Source of the DNA: Eledone cirrhosa
Taxonomy: Eukaryota
Length of the DNA stretch: 64,000 nucleotides
Assembly: GCA_964016885.1 (NCBI GenBank)
Contig: OZ024740.1
Coordinates: 182,838,001 to 182,902,000 of the forward strand
Reading direction: 5' to 3'
The stretch's first letter is position 1. Every line of letters begins with the position of its first letter. Positions 63,150-64,000 of the stretch are shown here, one piece after another. A model generated the notes under the pieces. The model did not search any database. It was not told where the DNA came from and saw only the letters and a list, made by a program, of their open reading frames with translations. The position numbers and the translations under genes are program-made.

Positions 63150-64000
63150 CTTACTTTCTTCCTTTGTATTTCACTACTGCTACATTCTCTTCAAATCCTC
63201 TATATCAATATCACAAATGTTTCACTTCTTGAATCACTAACATTTAGTCTGTTCACCTATTGTTCTCCGGTCAGTTGCCAGGTTGATACATTGGAACATA
63301 TTTACTTCGTTCTGCAGTTGAGGTACATGACCTAATGGTAAGAGTGTTGGACTTACAATCATGTCATGGGTTCAACTTCTGGGCAGGGTTGATTTTTTGT
63401 GCAAACACTTCATTTCCCATTGCTCTAATATATGCAACAATAGCTGGGGCTTTAACCCTGACATGGACTTGTGTCCTGTCCAGAGGGTAGTCTTGTACCC
63501 TCAGTTCAGACTTCTACAAATTTTCCTGAACTTGCTGAACAATATATGATCATCCCAAGATCGATAGGGTACCAGTCATATAATGGAGTCTATTTTCCTT
63601 TCTCACTTTCCTAAATTCAAAATATATTGCACTGTAAGAAAGGTCACAAAGCACCACTCACATCATCTCTTCCATCAGGAAAGGTGAACAGTGTGTGTGT
63701 GTGTGTGGGGGGGGGGGGGGTCAATCAGTCACTGACATATGTTTGAAGCAGTACAAGGATGATACAATGGGAAGTACAACACTGAATGGTAAAATAATAA
63801 ATAAATATACTCCTAGAAATCATCTAGACAGTCTGCTGCAGGTTAAGGAAACACTAACCCAACAATTTCATAACACTATATTACATACATTCAGTGCTGG
63901 ACTTACCTATAAACTAAATAAGCTATAGCTTAGAGCCGCACACCTTCGGGGGCATCATTAAAAAAATATATACTTTCATTTTAGCATTAGTGTTTATACT

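Overview
AT-rich, microsatellite-dense eukaryotic DNA that is almost entirely transposon-derived. The repeat spectrum looks like octopus/cephalopod (inference). There is no complete host gene, only a few candidate small exons, and most short ORFs in the track are microsatellite artefacts. Contents: (i) a near-intact Penelope-like element (PLE, Neptune-type RT + GIY-YIG) at ~37.6-43.6 kb with direct and inverted pseudo-LTRs. Unusually, it carries a 436-aa upstream ORF1 that overlaps the RT-EN frame across an in-phase U-UUU-UUA -1 frameshift heptamer. (ii) Several truncated PLEs of a second, Hydra-clade-like type with 5' inversions. (iii) More than a dozen hammerhead-ribozyme (HHR) or HHR-like motifs, several inside long inverted repeats or palindromes, including U3:A8 core variants. 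(iv) A near full-length RTE LINE, many RTE fragments and partner SINEs. (v) A Tc1 IR-DR transposon, a mariner-type MITE, two non-autonomous Helitrons, L1/Tx1 and R4-like remnants, and a TGT...ACA foldback element with a 4-bp TSD. All calls were made by eye; no database searches or folding programs were run.
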